38,654 nucleotides of DNA. It comes from a virus. The translations under genes and the position numbers were made by a program. The DNA is taken from positions 1 through 38,654 of the IMG/VR virus record IMGVR_UViG_3300045988_033443; one strand, given 5' to 3'. The stretch's first letter is position 1. The number at the start of each line of letters is the position of its first letter. Below, piece by piece: positions 8,760-17,600 of this stretch. Under the pieces are notes generated by a model that was not told the origin of the DNA, searched no databases, and worked only from the letters and a program-made list of their open reading frames with translations.

Positions 8760-9190
8760 TGGCAAGCGTCATCCCACCCGACCTCGAACTATTCCTCACC
8801 GGATGGCTGCGCTCCAACATCACGGACATCCCCGGCCTGCAGGTCGGAAACCGTATCCCTGACGGTTACGACGGTTCCTATCCGCTCGTGGTCGTGCGTG
8901 ATGACGGCGGCACGCAATCCGCCAACCGCGTGACGTTCGACAGGTCGATAGGCGTCAACGTGCTCGGATGGACGCGCAACGATACGAAACCATGCCGTGA
9001 TCTGGCGGCCCGCGTGTACGGCGTGCTGACCGGAGAGCCCGGCATCCTCATCGGATTCGCCGAAGGCAGCCGCATCTGCGCCGTCGTGCCCGACGGATGC
9101 AACGGCCCGTACCCGGTCGGAGAGGACGCGGCATGGTGCCACTACTACATGACCGCCGAATATTCGACGGCCGGAATCAGACAACCCTAA
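8759..9190 (+). CDS. tail terminator / tail completion protein
   Basis: 143 aa, immediately upstream of the major tail protein. Assigned by position. Confidence 0.5.
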   Translation: MASVIPPDLELFLTGWLRSNITDIPGLQVGNRIPDGYDGSYPLVVVRDDGGTQSANRVTFDRSIGVNVLGWTRNDTKPCRDLAARVYGVLTGEPGILIGFAEGSRICAVVPDGCNGPYPVGEDAAWCHYYMTAEYSTAGIRQP

Positions 9191-9203
9191 GAAAGGAAAC
9201 GCC

Positions 9204-9803
9204 ATGGCCAAAGACAGTCAAGGCATGGATCTGGGACAGGTGGAGGCGCTTGTCACCGCAGCCATCATGATCGTCCCGTACTCCACCGAAAACAAAATCA
9301 CGCCGGAGATGATCGCACCCAGCAATGCAACGCCGGAACTTCCGGCCGCCTACAATCGGTCGACCGCATGCATCGGACTCGTCAAGTCCGACGGCGGCAA
9401 CCAGGATTCGCGCGACGGCGACGACCCCATCGAGTTTTTGCAGGACGGTTACAAAAAGCTGCCGTTAGCGACCAGCCTCACGCAGACTTTCAGCCCGGCC
9501 GAAAACAACGCGCTGACCCGCAAGATCACCATCGGCGAGCCGGACGCCCAGGGCGTCTACCACGTGGCCGACATCATCCAGGATGCGAAGTGGATGGTGT
9601 ATGAGGAGGAGACTTTCGACACTGGTCGTGTGCACCGTCGTGCCGGCGTCATGCAGGTCACCGGCAACGAGCCGGACCAGCAGGAGCGTGGCTCGGTCAC
9701 AGGGCGAGCATTGACCGTCGAATGGATGAAGGATCCGCTGTATGTGGATGCGGAGCATCCGAACACCCGCTGGATCGAAAGCTGGTACGACCCAAAAGCG
9801 TGA
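9204..9803 (+). CDS. major tail protein (zero-frame product)
   Basis: 199 aa with a good RBS (AAGGAAA). Lies upstream of the chaperone and tape-measure genes. Confidence 0.8.
   Translation: MAKDSQGMDLGQVEALVTAAIMIVPYSTENKITPEMIAPSNATPELPAAYNRSTACIGLVKSDGGNQDSRDGDDPIEFLQDGYKKLPLATSLTQTFSPAENNALTRKITIGEPDAQGVYHVADIIQDAKWMVYEEETFDTGRVHRRAGVMQVTGNEPDQQERGSVTGRALTVEWMKDPLYVDAEHPNTRWIESWYDPKA
9791..9797 (+). promoter_or_regulatory. -1 slippery heptamer C CCA AAA, 4 nt before the major tail protein stop
   Basis: Fits the X XXY YYZ pattern in the zero frame (gac CCA AAA gcg tga). The -1 frame is open from here to 10075. Confidence 0.7.
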
Positions 9804-10075
9804 CGGCGGTGGCCGTGACCTCGGCTGACGGCAATACGAGGCCGTCGGTCGTCCAAGGCGCGAAGCTCGCGCTCAAGGCCGTCGCCACCCATGTGGACAA
9901 GACCACCGTGGACGTGACCGGACAGGCCACGTTCAAGTCCAAGGATGCAGGCGTGGCGACCGTCGATGGCGGCACGCTCACCGCCGTCAAGGCCGGGAGC
10001 GCGAGGATCAACGCCACATACGACGGCGTGACCTCACCCGATCTGACTGTCACCGTCACCGCACGCGCCGCCTGA
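9797..10075 (+). CDS. Ig-like (Big_2-type) domain, reached by -1 frameshift from the major tail protein
   Basis: -1 frame translation: ...VTSADGNTRPSVVQGAKLALKAVATHVDKTTVDVTGQATFKSKDAGVATVDGGTLTAVKAGSARINATYDGVTSPDLTVTV. It has no start codon or RBS of its own. Confidence 0.7.
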   Translation, partial: SVTAVAVTSADGNTRPSVVQGAKLALKAVATHVDKTTVDVTGQATFKSKDAGVATVDGGTLTAVKAGSARINATYDGVTSPDLTVTVTARAA

Positions 10076-10091
10076 CCGGCGGACGAAAATC

Positions 10092-10143
10092 TTCCCGGAC
10101 CGTCTATCTCGCCTGTCTGCGCGGTCCGGGAATCTTCTTTTTT
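10092..10143 (+). terminator. rho-independent terminator after the major tail gene
   Basis: Perfect 11-bp stem, TTCCCGGACCG (10092-10102) with CGGTCCGGGAA (10122-10132), followed by TCTTCTTTTTT. Confidence 0.8.
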
Positions 10144-10179
10144 CACGGCAGGCAGGCGAAAAGCAGATAGGACAAGACA

Positions 10180-10602
10180 ATGACTTCAACTTCCACCGAC
10201 TTCAAACCGACCGTCGAGGATTTCGACCAGTGGACGGAAAAAAACGATGAGGAGGCGTTCGCCTCCATCGCGCAAAACTACAAGGTGCGCCACATCATCA
10301 AGGGCGATGTGTATTGGGCGCTCGTGCCCGGCGGTCGCACGTACAAGCTTCCACTGTCGATGAGCATCGACGATTTCACGAGACTTTCGAACACGTCCGA
10401 TGATACGGAGAGCGTCGAACAGCTCAAGCGCATGCTGAGCGCCTTCGCTGGCGACAAGCAGGCGGAGCAGCTGAACGGCGAACCGGTGCAGGTCGTGTTC
10501 AACCTCCTGTCCGACTATGGCGACGCGGTGGTGCGCGCGCAGGGCACCTCACTGGGAAAATCCAATGGTTTTCCCGCCAGCTCGCCGAACACGGGAGCGT
10601 GA
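10180..10602 (+). CDS. tail assembly chaperone (gpG-like)
   Basis: 140 aa, between the major tail protein and the tape measure. Contains a slippery site near its 3' end. Confidence 0.8.
   Translation: MTSTSTDFKPTVEDFDQWTEKNDEEAFASIAQNYKVRHIIKGDVYWALVPGGRTYKLPLSMSIDDFTRLSNTSDDTESVEQLKRMLSAFAGDKQAEQLNGEPVQVVFNLLSDYGDAVVRAQGTSLGKSNGFPASSPNTGA
10554..10560 (+). promoter_or_regulatory. -1 slippery heptamer G GGA AAA (G/GT frameshift site)
   Basis: Zero-frame codons are ctG GGA AAA. The -1 frame is open from upstream of 10500 through 10925. Confidence 0.8.
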
Positions 10603-10925
10603 TCCGAGCCGATTTCACGGCGCATGGGTGGAGTCTGCAGGCCGATCTTGGCGGCAGGCTCCGCTACGGCGACGCGATAGCGCTCCTCGAGCAGATTATC
10701 GGCGATCCGTCATCCTACACGGGCGCGGAGCTCAACGGCTTGGATTATCCGGTCCGGTGGGGTGAGATACCGGTCGTCTACGCGCTTGGCAGCGACGAGT
10801 ATCCGAAGCCTTTCGATTCGCTTGCGAAACGATTGCGGGCGGATAGGGAGAAGGCCGAGCGTGAGCGGCTGCGCGAACAGACCAAGGGCATGAGCCCGGT
10901 TTTCCGGACTCTTTACGAAGACTGA
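10560..10925 (+). CDS. tail assembly chaperone frameshift extension (gpT-like part of G-T fusion)
   Basis: The -1 frame reads ...GKIQWFSRQLAEHGSVIRADFTAHGWSLQ... It overlaps track ORF 10599..10925. Confidence 0.75.
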   Translation: MQWFSRQLAEHGSVIRADFTAHGWSLQADLGGRLRYGDAIALLEQIIGDPSSYTGAELNGLDYPVRWGEIPVVYALGSDEYPKPFDSLAKRLRADREKAERERLREQTKGMSPVFRTLYED

Positions 10926-10949
10926 ATAACTGAATAGTGGAGGTGCCGC

Positions 10950-13727
10950 ATGGCGTTCGGCAGCGAACTTGGTTCCGCGCACATCAGCGTGTTCCCCTCG
11001 ATGAAGGGTTTCCGCAGCGTGGTCAACAAGGAGGTCGGCGCGAGCGGCAAGGCCGCGTCGAAGGCTTTCGATTCGAGCATGAACGGCGGCAAAAGCGGCG
11101 GACTGTTCGGACACGCGTTCAAAACCGGTTTCAAGCAGTCGGCGAACGATTTCAGTGCTGACGTGCTGAAATCCTATGAGCGTGACGTGGCGAAATCCAC
11201 GGCCGCATACCGTCAGGCCATGCTCCAGCAGAAGGCGGCGGCGAATCAGGTGCGTGCCGCCGAGGAGAGCGTCGCCAATGCCATCGCCAAGCATGGTGAG
11301 GGCAGCACGCAGGCCGAGGCCGCGACCATCAGGCTCGAACAGGCTCGATTGAAGCTGTCCACCATGACCGACCGGGCGACGCAGGCCGAGAACCGGTTGA
11401 AGGATGCGCAGAAGGCGCTCAAGGGCGCGCAGGACAATCTCGCTTCCAGCAGTGGTTCGCTTGGATTGGCGTTCAAGAATCTTGGCGCGACCATCGTCCA
11501 GCCGGTCTCCGGCGCGTTCGGACGGGTCAAAAACGCAGCAACGTCGGCGTTCTCCGGCATCGCCACGAAAGCCCGCGACGGCATGAGCGCTGCCGGCGCT
11601 GCCATGCAATCCACCGCGTCACGTCTTACCGCGCCATTGTCGGCAAAGTTTTCGTCGATGAGCTCGGCCATCGCGGCAAGGATACCAGCACCTTTCAAAA
11701 ACGTCAGCAATGCCATCGGCGGCTATCTCGGCAACGTCGGCGGCGCGGTCGGCGGCGTGCTGTCGCAGATTCCAGGGGCCGCCGGCAGTGCCGCGTCGGC
11801 GATAGGCTCCAAGCTCAAAAGCGGCGCAGACACCGCATGGAATGCGATCAGCTCCATGTCGGGCAAGGCCGTCGGCGCCCTGAAGGGCGTCGCCACGGTC
11901 GGACTGGCTGGCGTCGGCACCGCCGTCGCGGCTTTGGCTGGCGTCGGCAAGAGCGCTCTCGACGCATACGCGACATACGAGCAGGCCGTCGGCGGCGTGG
12001 ACACGCTGTTCAAGGACGCTTCGGGCACCGTGCAGAAATACGCGGCGGAAGCGTACCGGACAGCCGGAGTGAGCGCCAACGAGTACATGACGCAGGTCAC
12101 GAGCTTTTCCGCCTCGCTGATCAGCTCGCTCGGCGGCGACACTGCGAAGGCCGCGGAACTCGGCAACACCGCCATGGTCGACATGTCGGACAACGCCAAT
12201 AAGATGGGCACCGACATCGAGTCCATCCAACAGACCTACCAGTCTCTGGCGCGCGGCAACTACGCCATGCTCGACAATCTGAAGCTCGGCTACGGCGGAA
12301 CGAAATCCGAGATGGAGCGTCTGATCCAGGACGCGAACAAGGTCAAGCAGGCGAACGGGGAGATGGGCGACCTGTCCATCGACAAGTTCTCCGACGTGGT
12401 GCAGGCGATCCACATCATGCAGGAGCAGATGGGCATCAGCGGCACCACCGCCAAGGAGGCCGCGACAACCATCGAGGGCTCTGTCGGCATGATGAAGGCC
12501 GCATGGCAGAACTGGCTGGCGGAGCTCGGCAAGGACAATGCCGACATCAACGGATTGACCAAGCAGCTGGTAGATTCGGTCGGCACGGTCATCGAGAACG
12601 TGGGTCCGCGCATCGCGCAGATCATCACCGGCATCACCGCCGCACTGCCACAACTGTTCTCCTCATTGGGCAGCACGCTGCCGGCACTGGTCATGCAGAT
12701 CCTTCCGCCAGTGCTCGGAGCGTTGGGACAGCTCGGCACGATGCTGCTGACCAGCGCGACGACATGGATCTCGACGAGCCTGCCCCAGCTGCTCGCCCAG
12801 TTCCAATTGTGGGTCACGTCGACCCTGCCGTCGTTTTTGCAAACCGGATTGACGATGGTCACGAACCTCTTGCAGGGCATCGTGCAGGCATTGCCTCAGA
12901 TCGCGTCCACGGCGGTGACCGTGCTGACGACGCTGCTGGATGGATTGTCGGCCCAGTTGCCGCAGCTCATCCCTATCGGCATCAACGCCGTCCTTAACCT
13001 CGTGCAAGGCATCCTCAACAACCTGCCGCAGATCATCGACAGCGGTTTGAAGCTTATCCTCGGACTGGCGCAGGGCCTCATCAACGCCATGCCGGACTTG
13101 GTAGGCAAGGCTCCGATCCTTATCGGACAACTGGTCGGTGGCATCATCAATCGTCTCCCGCAGATCCTGCAGGCTGGCGTACAGCTGCTCTTCGCACTGG
13201 CCAACGGTTTCATTTCGTCGGTTCCACGGCTTATCGGCGCCATCCCCGGCATGGTCGGCCAGATCATGCGCGGTTTCACATCGGTTAACTGGGGTAGCGT
13301 CGGACTGAATATCATCACCGGAATCGCGACCGGCATCGCAGGCGCGGCAGGCAGGCTCGTGACTGCCGCTGTCAACGCGGCCACGAACGCGTTGGATTGG
13401 GTGAAACGCAGGCTTGGCATCCATTCTCCGTCACGCGTGTTCCGCGATCAGGTCGGTGAGATGATCGGCGAGGGCATGGCGGTCGGCATTGACGAGAGCG
13501 CGTCGAAGGTGAAGAAGGCGGCCGGACGATTGACTGGCATTCTGCCTTCGCAGGACGCCTCGTATTCCGTCGGCGTCGCCAACGCCTCGCGTGGAGTTAA
13601 CGCTGCAGCTTACGGCAATGGTGGGAGCGTGACGAACATCACGCAGACGTTCAACTATCCGGCCATAGCGCCGACGAGCATTTCCACGCAGCAGAAGCTG
13701 CAGACAGCGGCCATGCCGCAATGGTGA
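10950..13727 (+). CDS. tape measure protein
   Basis: 925 aa, Ala/Gly/Leu-rich helical repeats, canonical position. Confidence 0.9.
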   Translation: MAFGSELGSAHISVFPSMKGFRSVVNKEVGASGKAASKAFDSSMNGGKSGGLFGHAFKTGFKQSANDFSADVLKSYERDVAKSTAAYRQAMLQQKAAANQVRAAEESVANAIAKHGEGSTQAEAATIRLEQARLKLSTMTDRATQAENRLKDAQKALKGAQDNLASSSGSLGLAFKNLGATIVQPVSGAFGRVKNAATSAFSGIATKARDGMSAAGAAMQSTASRLTAPLSAKFSSMSSAIAARIPAPFKNVSNAIGGYLGNVGGAVGGVLSQIPGAAGSAASAIGSKLKSGADTAWNAISSMSGKAVGALKGVATVGLAGVGTAVAALAGVGKSALDAYATYEQAVGGVDTLFKDASGTVQKYAAEAYRTAGVSANEYMTQVTSFSASLISSLGGDTAKAAELGNTAMVDMSDNANKMGTDIESIQQTYQSLARGNYAMLDNLKLGYGGTKSEMERLIQDANKVKQANGEMGDLSIDKFSDVVQAIHIMQEQMGISGTTAKEAATTIEGSVGMMKAAWQNWLAELGKDNADINGLTKQLVDSVGTVIENVGPRIAQIITGITAALPQLFSSLGSTLPALVMQILPPVLGALGQLGTMLLTSATTWISTSLPQLLAQFQLWVTSTLPSFLQTGLTMVTNLLQGIVQALPQIASTAVTVLTTLLDGLSAQLPQLIPIGINAVLNLVQGILNNLPQIIDSGLKLILGLAQGLINAMPDLVGKAPILIGQLVGGIINRLPQILQAGVQLLFALANGFISSVPRLIGAIPGMVGQIMRGFTSVNWGSVGLNIITGIATGIAGAAGRLVTAAVNAATNALDWVKRRLGIHSPSRVFRDQVGEMIGEGMAVGIDESASKVKKAAGRLTGILPSQDASYSVGVANASRGVNAAAYGNGGSVTNITQTFNYPAIAPTSISTQQKLQTAAMPQW

Positions 13728-13743
13728 TTGGGAGGTTTCGCGC

Positions 13744-14649
13744 ATGAAGGTCAGCTATTCTCTCAACGGCCAGCCGCTCGATTCCGAGCGGATGCGCGTG
13801 CTTGTCGGCACGACGCACTACACGGCGCTGTCGCCGATCGTTGACACCGTGCAGGTGCCAGGACGGCACGGCTTCATCGTCGGCTCGTCCATTCCGGTGT
13901 TGGATGCTCCGGAGCTGACAGTCAAGGTGGCGGCGTGGGGTGCGGATTCCGATTCGCTGATCGCGCGTTTCCGCGCCATGTGCCTGTATGCGTCGAAGCT
14001 CACGCTCGGCAAAACGGAGACAACGGATGACGGCTATTCGCGCAGCATGGTCACGAGAGCGGTGTGCACGAGCTGCGAGCCGGACGATGATGAGAGGCCG
14101 TTCCGTGATCTGCGCGTCATGACCGCCGTTTTCCAACTGCCGGACGTGTTTTGGCGTGGCGTGCAGTGGCAGGAGGTGACGTTGGCCGCGTCGGGTGGCA
14201 GGCTGCTGCCGGGCGGGGTTCCCGAGCCGAGCGACAAGGGGTATTGGACACGCTGGACAGGACTGCCGAACAATTCGCCGTCCATGCTTTTCGACACGCT
14301 TCCCGACGGATGGCTGTCGGACGCGCCCATCACCACGCTGGTATTGCGCTTCGGTGCCGCCACTGGCGTGACCATTTCAGATCCGGTGAGTGGCACGAAT
14401 CTCATGTGGGGCGGCAAACGCGACGCCTCACGACCTTACCTCTTCGTCGATGCAGCCAATCGCAAGGCGTGGACGGCTGCCAACGCCGACGCATGGTCGG
14501 GCGGCACGGATGCGTCGAATGGCGTCGACTGGACCACCGAGCCACTGCAAGTGTGGCCTGCAATCGATTCCGGCGATTATCGCATCACCATCAAACAGAC
14601 CGGCGGCACGGACAAGGTGGTCTGCCGGTTTTTGCAATCCTGGGAGTGA
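13744..14649 (+). CDS. distal tail protein (Dit-like)
   Basis: 301 aa, directly after the tape measure and before the Tal-like gene. Confidence 0.65.
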   Translation: MKVSYSLNGQPLDSERMRVLVGTTHYTALSPIVDTVQVPGRHGFIVGSSIPVLDAPELTVKVAAWGADSDSLIARFRAMCLYASKLTLGKTETTDDGYSRSMVTRAVCTSCEPDDDERPFRDLRVMTAVFQLPDVFWRGVQWQEVTLAASGGRLLPGGVPEPSDKGYWTRWTGLPNNSPSMLFDTLPDGWLSDAPITTLVLRFGAATGVTISDPVSGTNLMWGGKRDASRPYLFVDAANRKAWTAANADAWSGGTDASNGVDWTTEPLQVWPAIDSGDYRITIKQTGGTDKVVCRFLQSWE

Positions 14650-14652
14650 TTC

Positions 14653-17600
14653 ATGGCAAAGTCCCTTCATGCCCGTCTCGTGGCCTACAGGCCTTTCGGC
14701 GCGCGTATCGGCGTCCTTGCGGAGCCGGTGAGCTTCAGCGCGTCCATGCTCCACAATGATGATGGCGCCATCTCGATCGAGTATTCGATGCTGTCCGGTG
14801 ACGCGCAGGCATTCGACCGAGAGCTTACCGATGGTCTTGAGGTGGCCGTGGAAGTGTCTGACGGAACCGGCTATCGCGAGCCTGACAACGCGCGTTTCGT
14901 CATCACGGGCCGTTCCGGCAAGACCGATGACCGGACGCGCACCGTCACCTATTCCGGACAGTCGATCAGCTGGCTGCTGAGCAAGGCGGAGAACAACGAT
15001 TCTTCGCATCTGCTCGCGGATGGTGACAACAAAGGCAAGAGGCCATTTTATTCGGCTAATCCGGGCGTGATTTTGAAGACCATGCTTGACGAGAACCGTC
15101 AGCGTGGCGGCGTGGCCACCGGCCTGACGCTCGGCTTCGATACGGCGAAGGATGCGGGCGGCGCTGCATGGGCGAGGAAATACACGCTTTACTACAGCCT
15201 CGGCACGGATCTGCAGACGATCCTGTCATCTCTGGTCAATGGTGGAGGCTGCGACTGGCGCACGTCCGGCCGCACGCTGAAACTGTGGAATGCGGACAGC
15301 AGGGCATTGAGCCGCGATCTAAGCAAGCAGGTCGTGCTCCGGCTTGCCAGTGACATCGGCGAGGCTCCATACGAGGAATCAATCGCGGATCTGGCCAGCA
15401 CGATCCTCGTCGAGGGTGACAATAATCTGCTTTTCCGCATGGACAATCCGAGTGCGCCGACGCCTTGGGGCAAGTGGGAATCCTATGCCTCGCAGGGTGG
15501 CGTGTCCGACAAGGACACCGCTCAAGCCTTTATGCAGTCGACTTTGGATGACTCGGCAAGGGTGCGTGGCCAGTACACGCGCGACCTCATCGTTTCCGAC
15601 GTGGACAGTCTGCCGCTCGTCGACTATCATGCTGGCGATTGGATTACGGCTCCGACCATCACGCATGGGGAGAAGGTGCGCGTTCAGGAAATCGACCTGA
15701 GCATGCGCCAGGGCGAGGGACTATCCGTCAGCATCGCTCTGAACGATATCAAGTATGATGCCTCGGTCAAGCAGGCGAAGAAGATTAAGGGCATTACAGG
15801 AGGCGCGGCATTGGCCGGCAGCGAGGGCGGCACGACCGCCTCGTCAGACCGTGACCATCGCGTGCCGAAGGCTCCGCTTGGTCTTGTGGTGCAGACTGAT
15901 GCCTATATCGGCAGCGACGGTTTCGCGCATGGTCTGGCCACGGCTTCGTGGTCTGCAGTGACCGAAGCGACGAATAACACCGCCATCGAAATCGGCAATT
16001 ATGCCGTCGAGTGGCGCAAGCACGTGGATGGCGCGCCCTGGCATTCCGCTGGCACGACTGATAAGACGCAGCTTGGCTTCGGCGGTTTGGATTGCGGCAC
16101 TCAAATCGAGGTGCGCGTCAGGGCTGTGCCGACGTATTCGGACAAGCTTGGTGAATGGTCGAGCGTTTTCGTGGCCACCGTCGAATCGGATACGACGCCA
16201 TGCGCCGTACCATCCAAGCCGTTGCTTTCCTCTGAGCTTGGCGTGGTCACCATCCACTGGGACGGCAAGACCGCTGCCGGCGCGCAGATGGAGCCTGACT
16301 TCGACCATATCGAGGTGGGCGAGGGCATCAATGCGGCTGGAATGCAGGTCATCAGCGCCACCCAGTCGGGGCAGGGCGATTACGTCATCACCGGTTTGAC
16401 GGGCGGCTCACAGCACTCTTATGCGCTGCGCTCCGTGGACCATGCTGGCAATAAGTCTGACTGGTCTGCGATTGCCACTGTGACCGTGGCTTCCGCCGTC
16501 TCGCCTGAAGAGGTCAAGCAGATCCAAAAAGACCTGGCTGACAATCAGACGGCGTTGAAGGATAATACGGCCAAGCTCGATCAGGCGCGGAAGGATATCC
16601 AGTCCAACAAGTCTAATCTTGATGCGGCGAATCAGACGCTCGCTCAAGCCAAGACCGACCTATCGCAGGCGCAGAAGGATATCGCGCAGACCAAGAGCGA
16701 CCTGACCACCGCGAACGGCGAGATCAGCAAGGCGAAGGAGTCGGCGGCGCAGGCGTATGCCGAAGCCCACTCGAAGAATCACACTTTTCGTGGGCCGGAT
16801 GAGCCGAAGGACAATCTGATCGTCGGCGACCTGTGGCTCAAGACGCAGGCGTATTGGACGAGGTGGAAAGGCGAGAAAAACAACTCACCGAGCCTCTTGG
16901 CCGACTTTTACACCTACTGGCAGGGCGAAGCCAATAATTCTCCTTCCGTGCTTGTGCCCTTGTCCGATCGTGTGATTGACACGCTTGTCTGGGATGGTGC
17001 CGCTTGGAACCACATGGGCTATGCCGACGTGGAGCGCAATGCCGACGAAATCGCTCAGGCGAAGTCCGACATCGCGGATAACGCCGCGAAGACCACCGAC
17101 GCCAAGAAGACCGCCGAGAATGCCGCTGCCGCCGCGAAGAACGCGCAGGGCACGGCTGATACGGCGAATGGTGCGGCGAAGACGGCACAGGATACCGCCA
17201 ATGCGGCTCAGACTGCCGCGAAGAGCGCTACCGCGACCGCAGGTCAGGCCAAGGACGCGGCCAATGCCGCCCAGACCGCCGCCGAAAGCGCCAAGAAGAC
17301 CGCCGGCAATGCGGAGACTTTGGCGAACACGGCCAATGCTTCGGCCAATGCGGCCAAGTCCGACGCGGCTTCGGCCAAGACGGACGCTTCCACCGCGAAG
17401 ACGGACGCGGCCAATGCCAAGACCACTGCCGCGAATGCGTCCAGTGTGGCGACCCAAGCAAAGGCCACCGCCGACAGCGCGGCACAATCCGCCACCGACG
17501 CGGCCAATGCAGCTCAGAAGGCCAATACCGCAGCAGCTGCCGCCGCTGGCGTGGCCAATGGCAAGGCCGACGTGCTGATTCAGAGCACGGCGCCGGCCAC

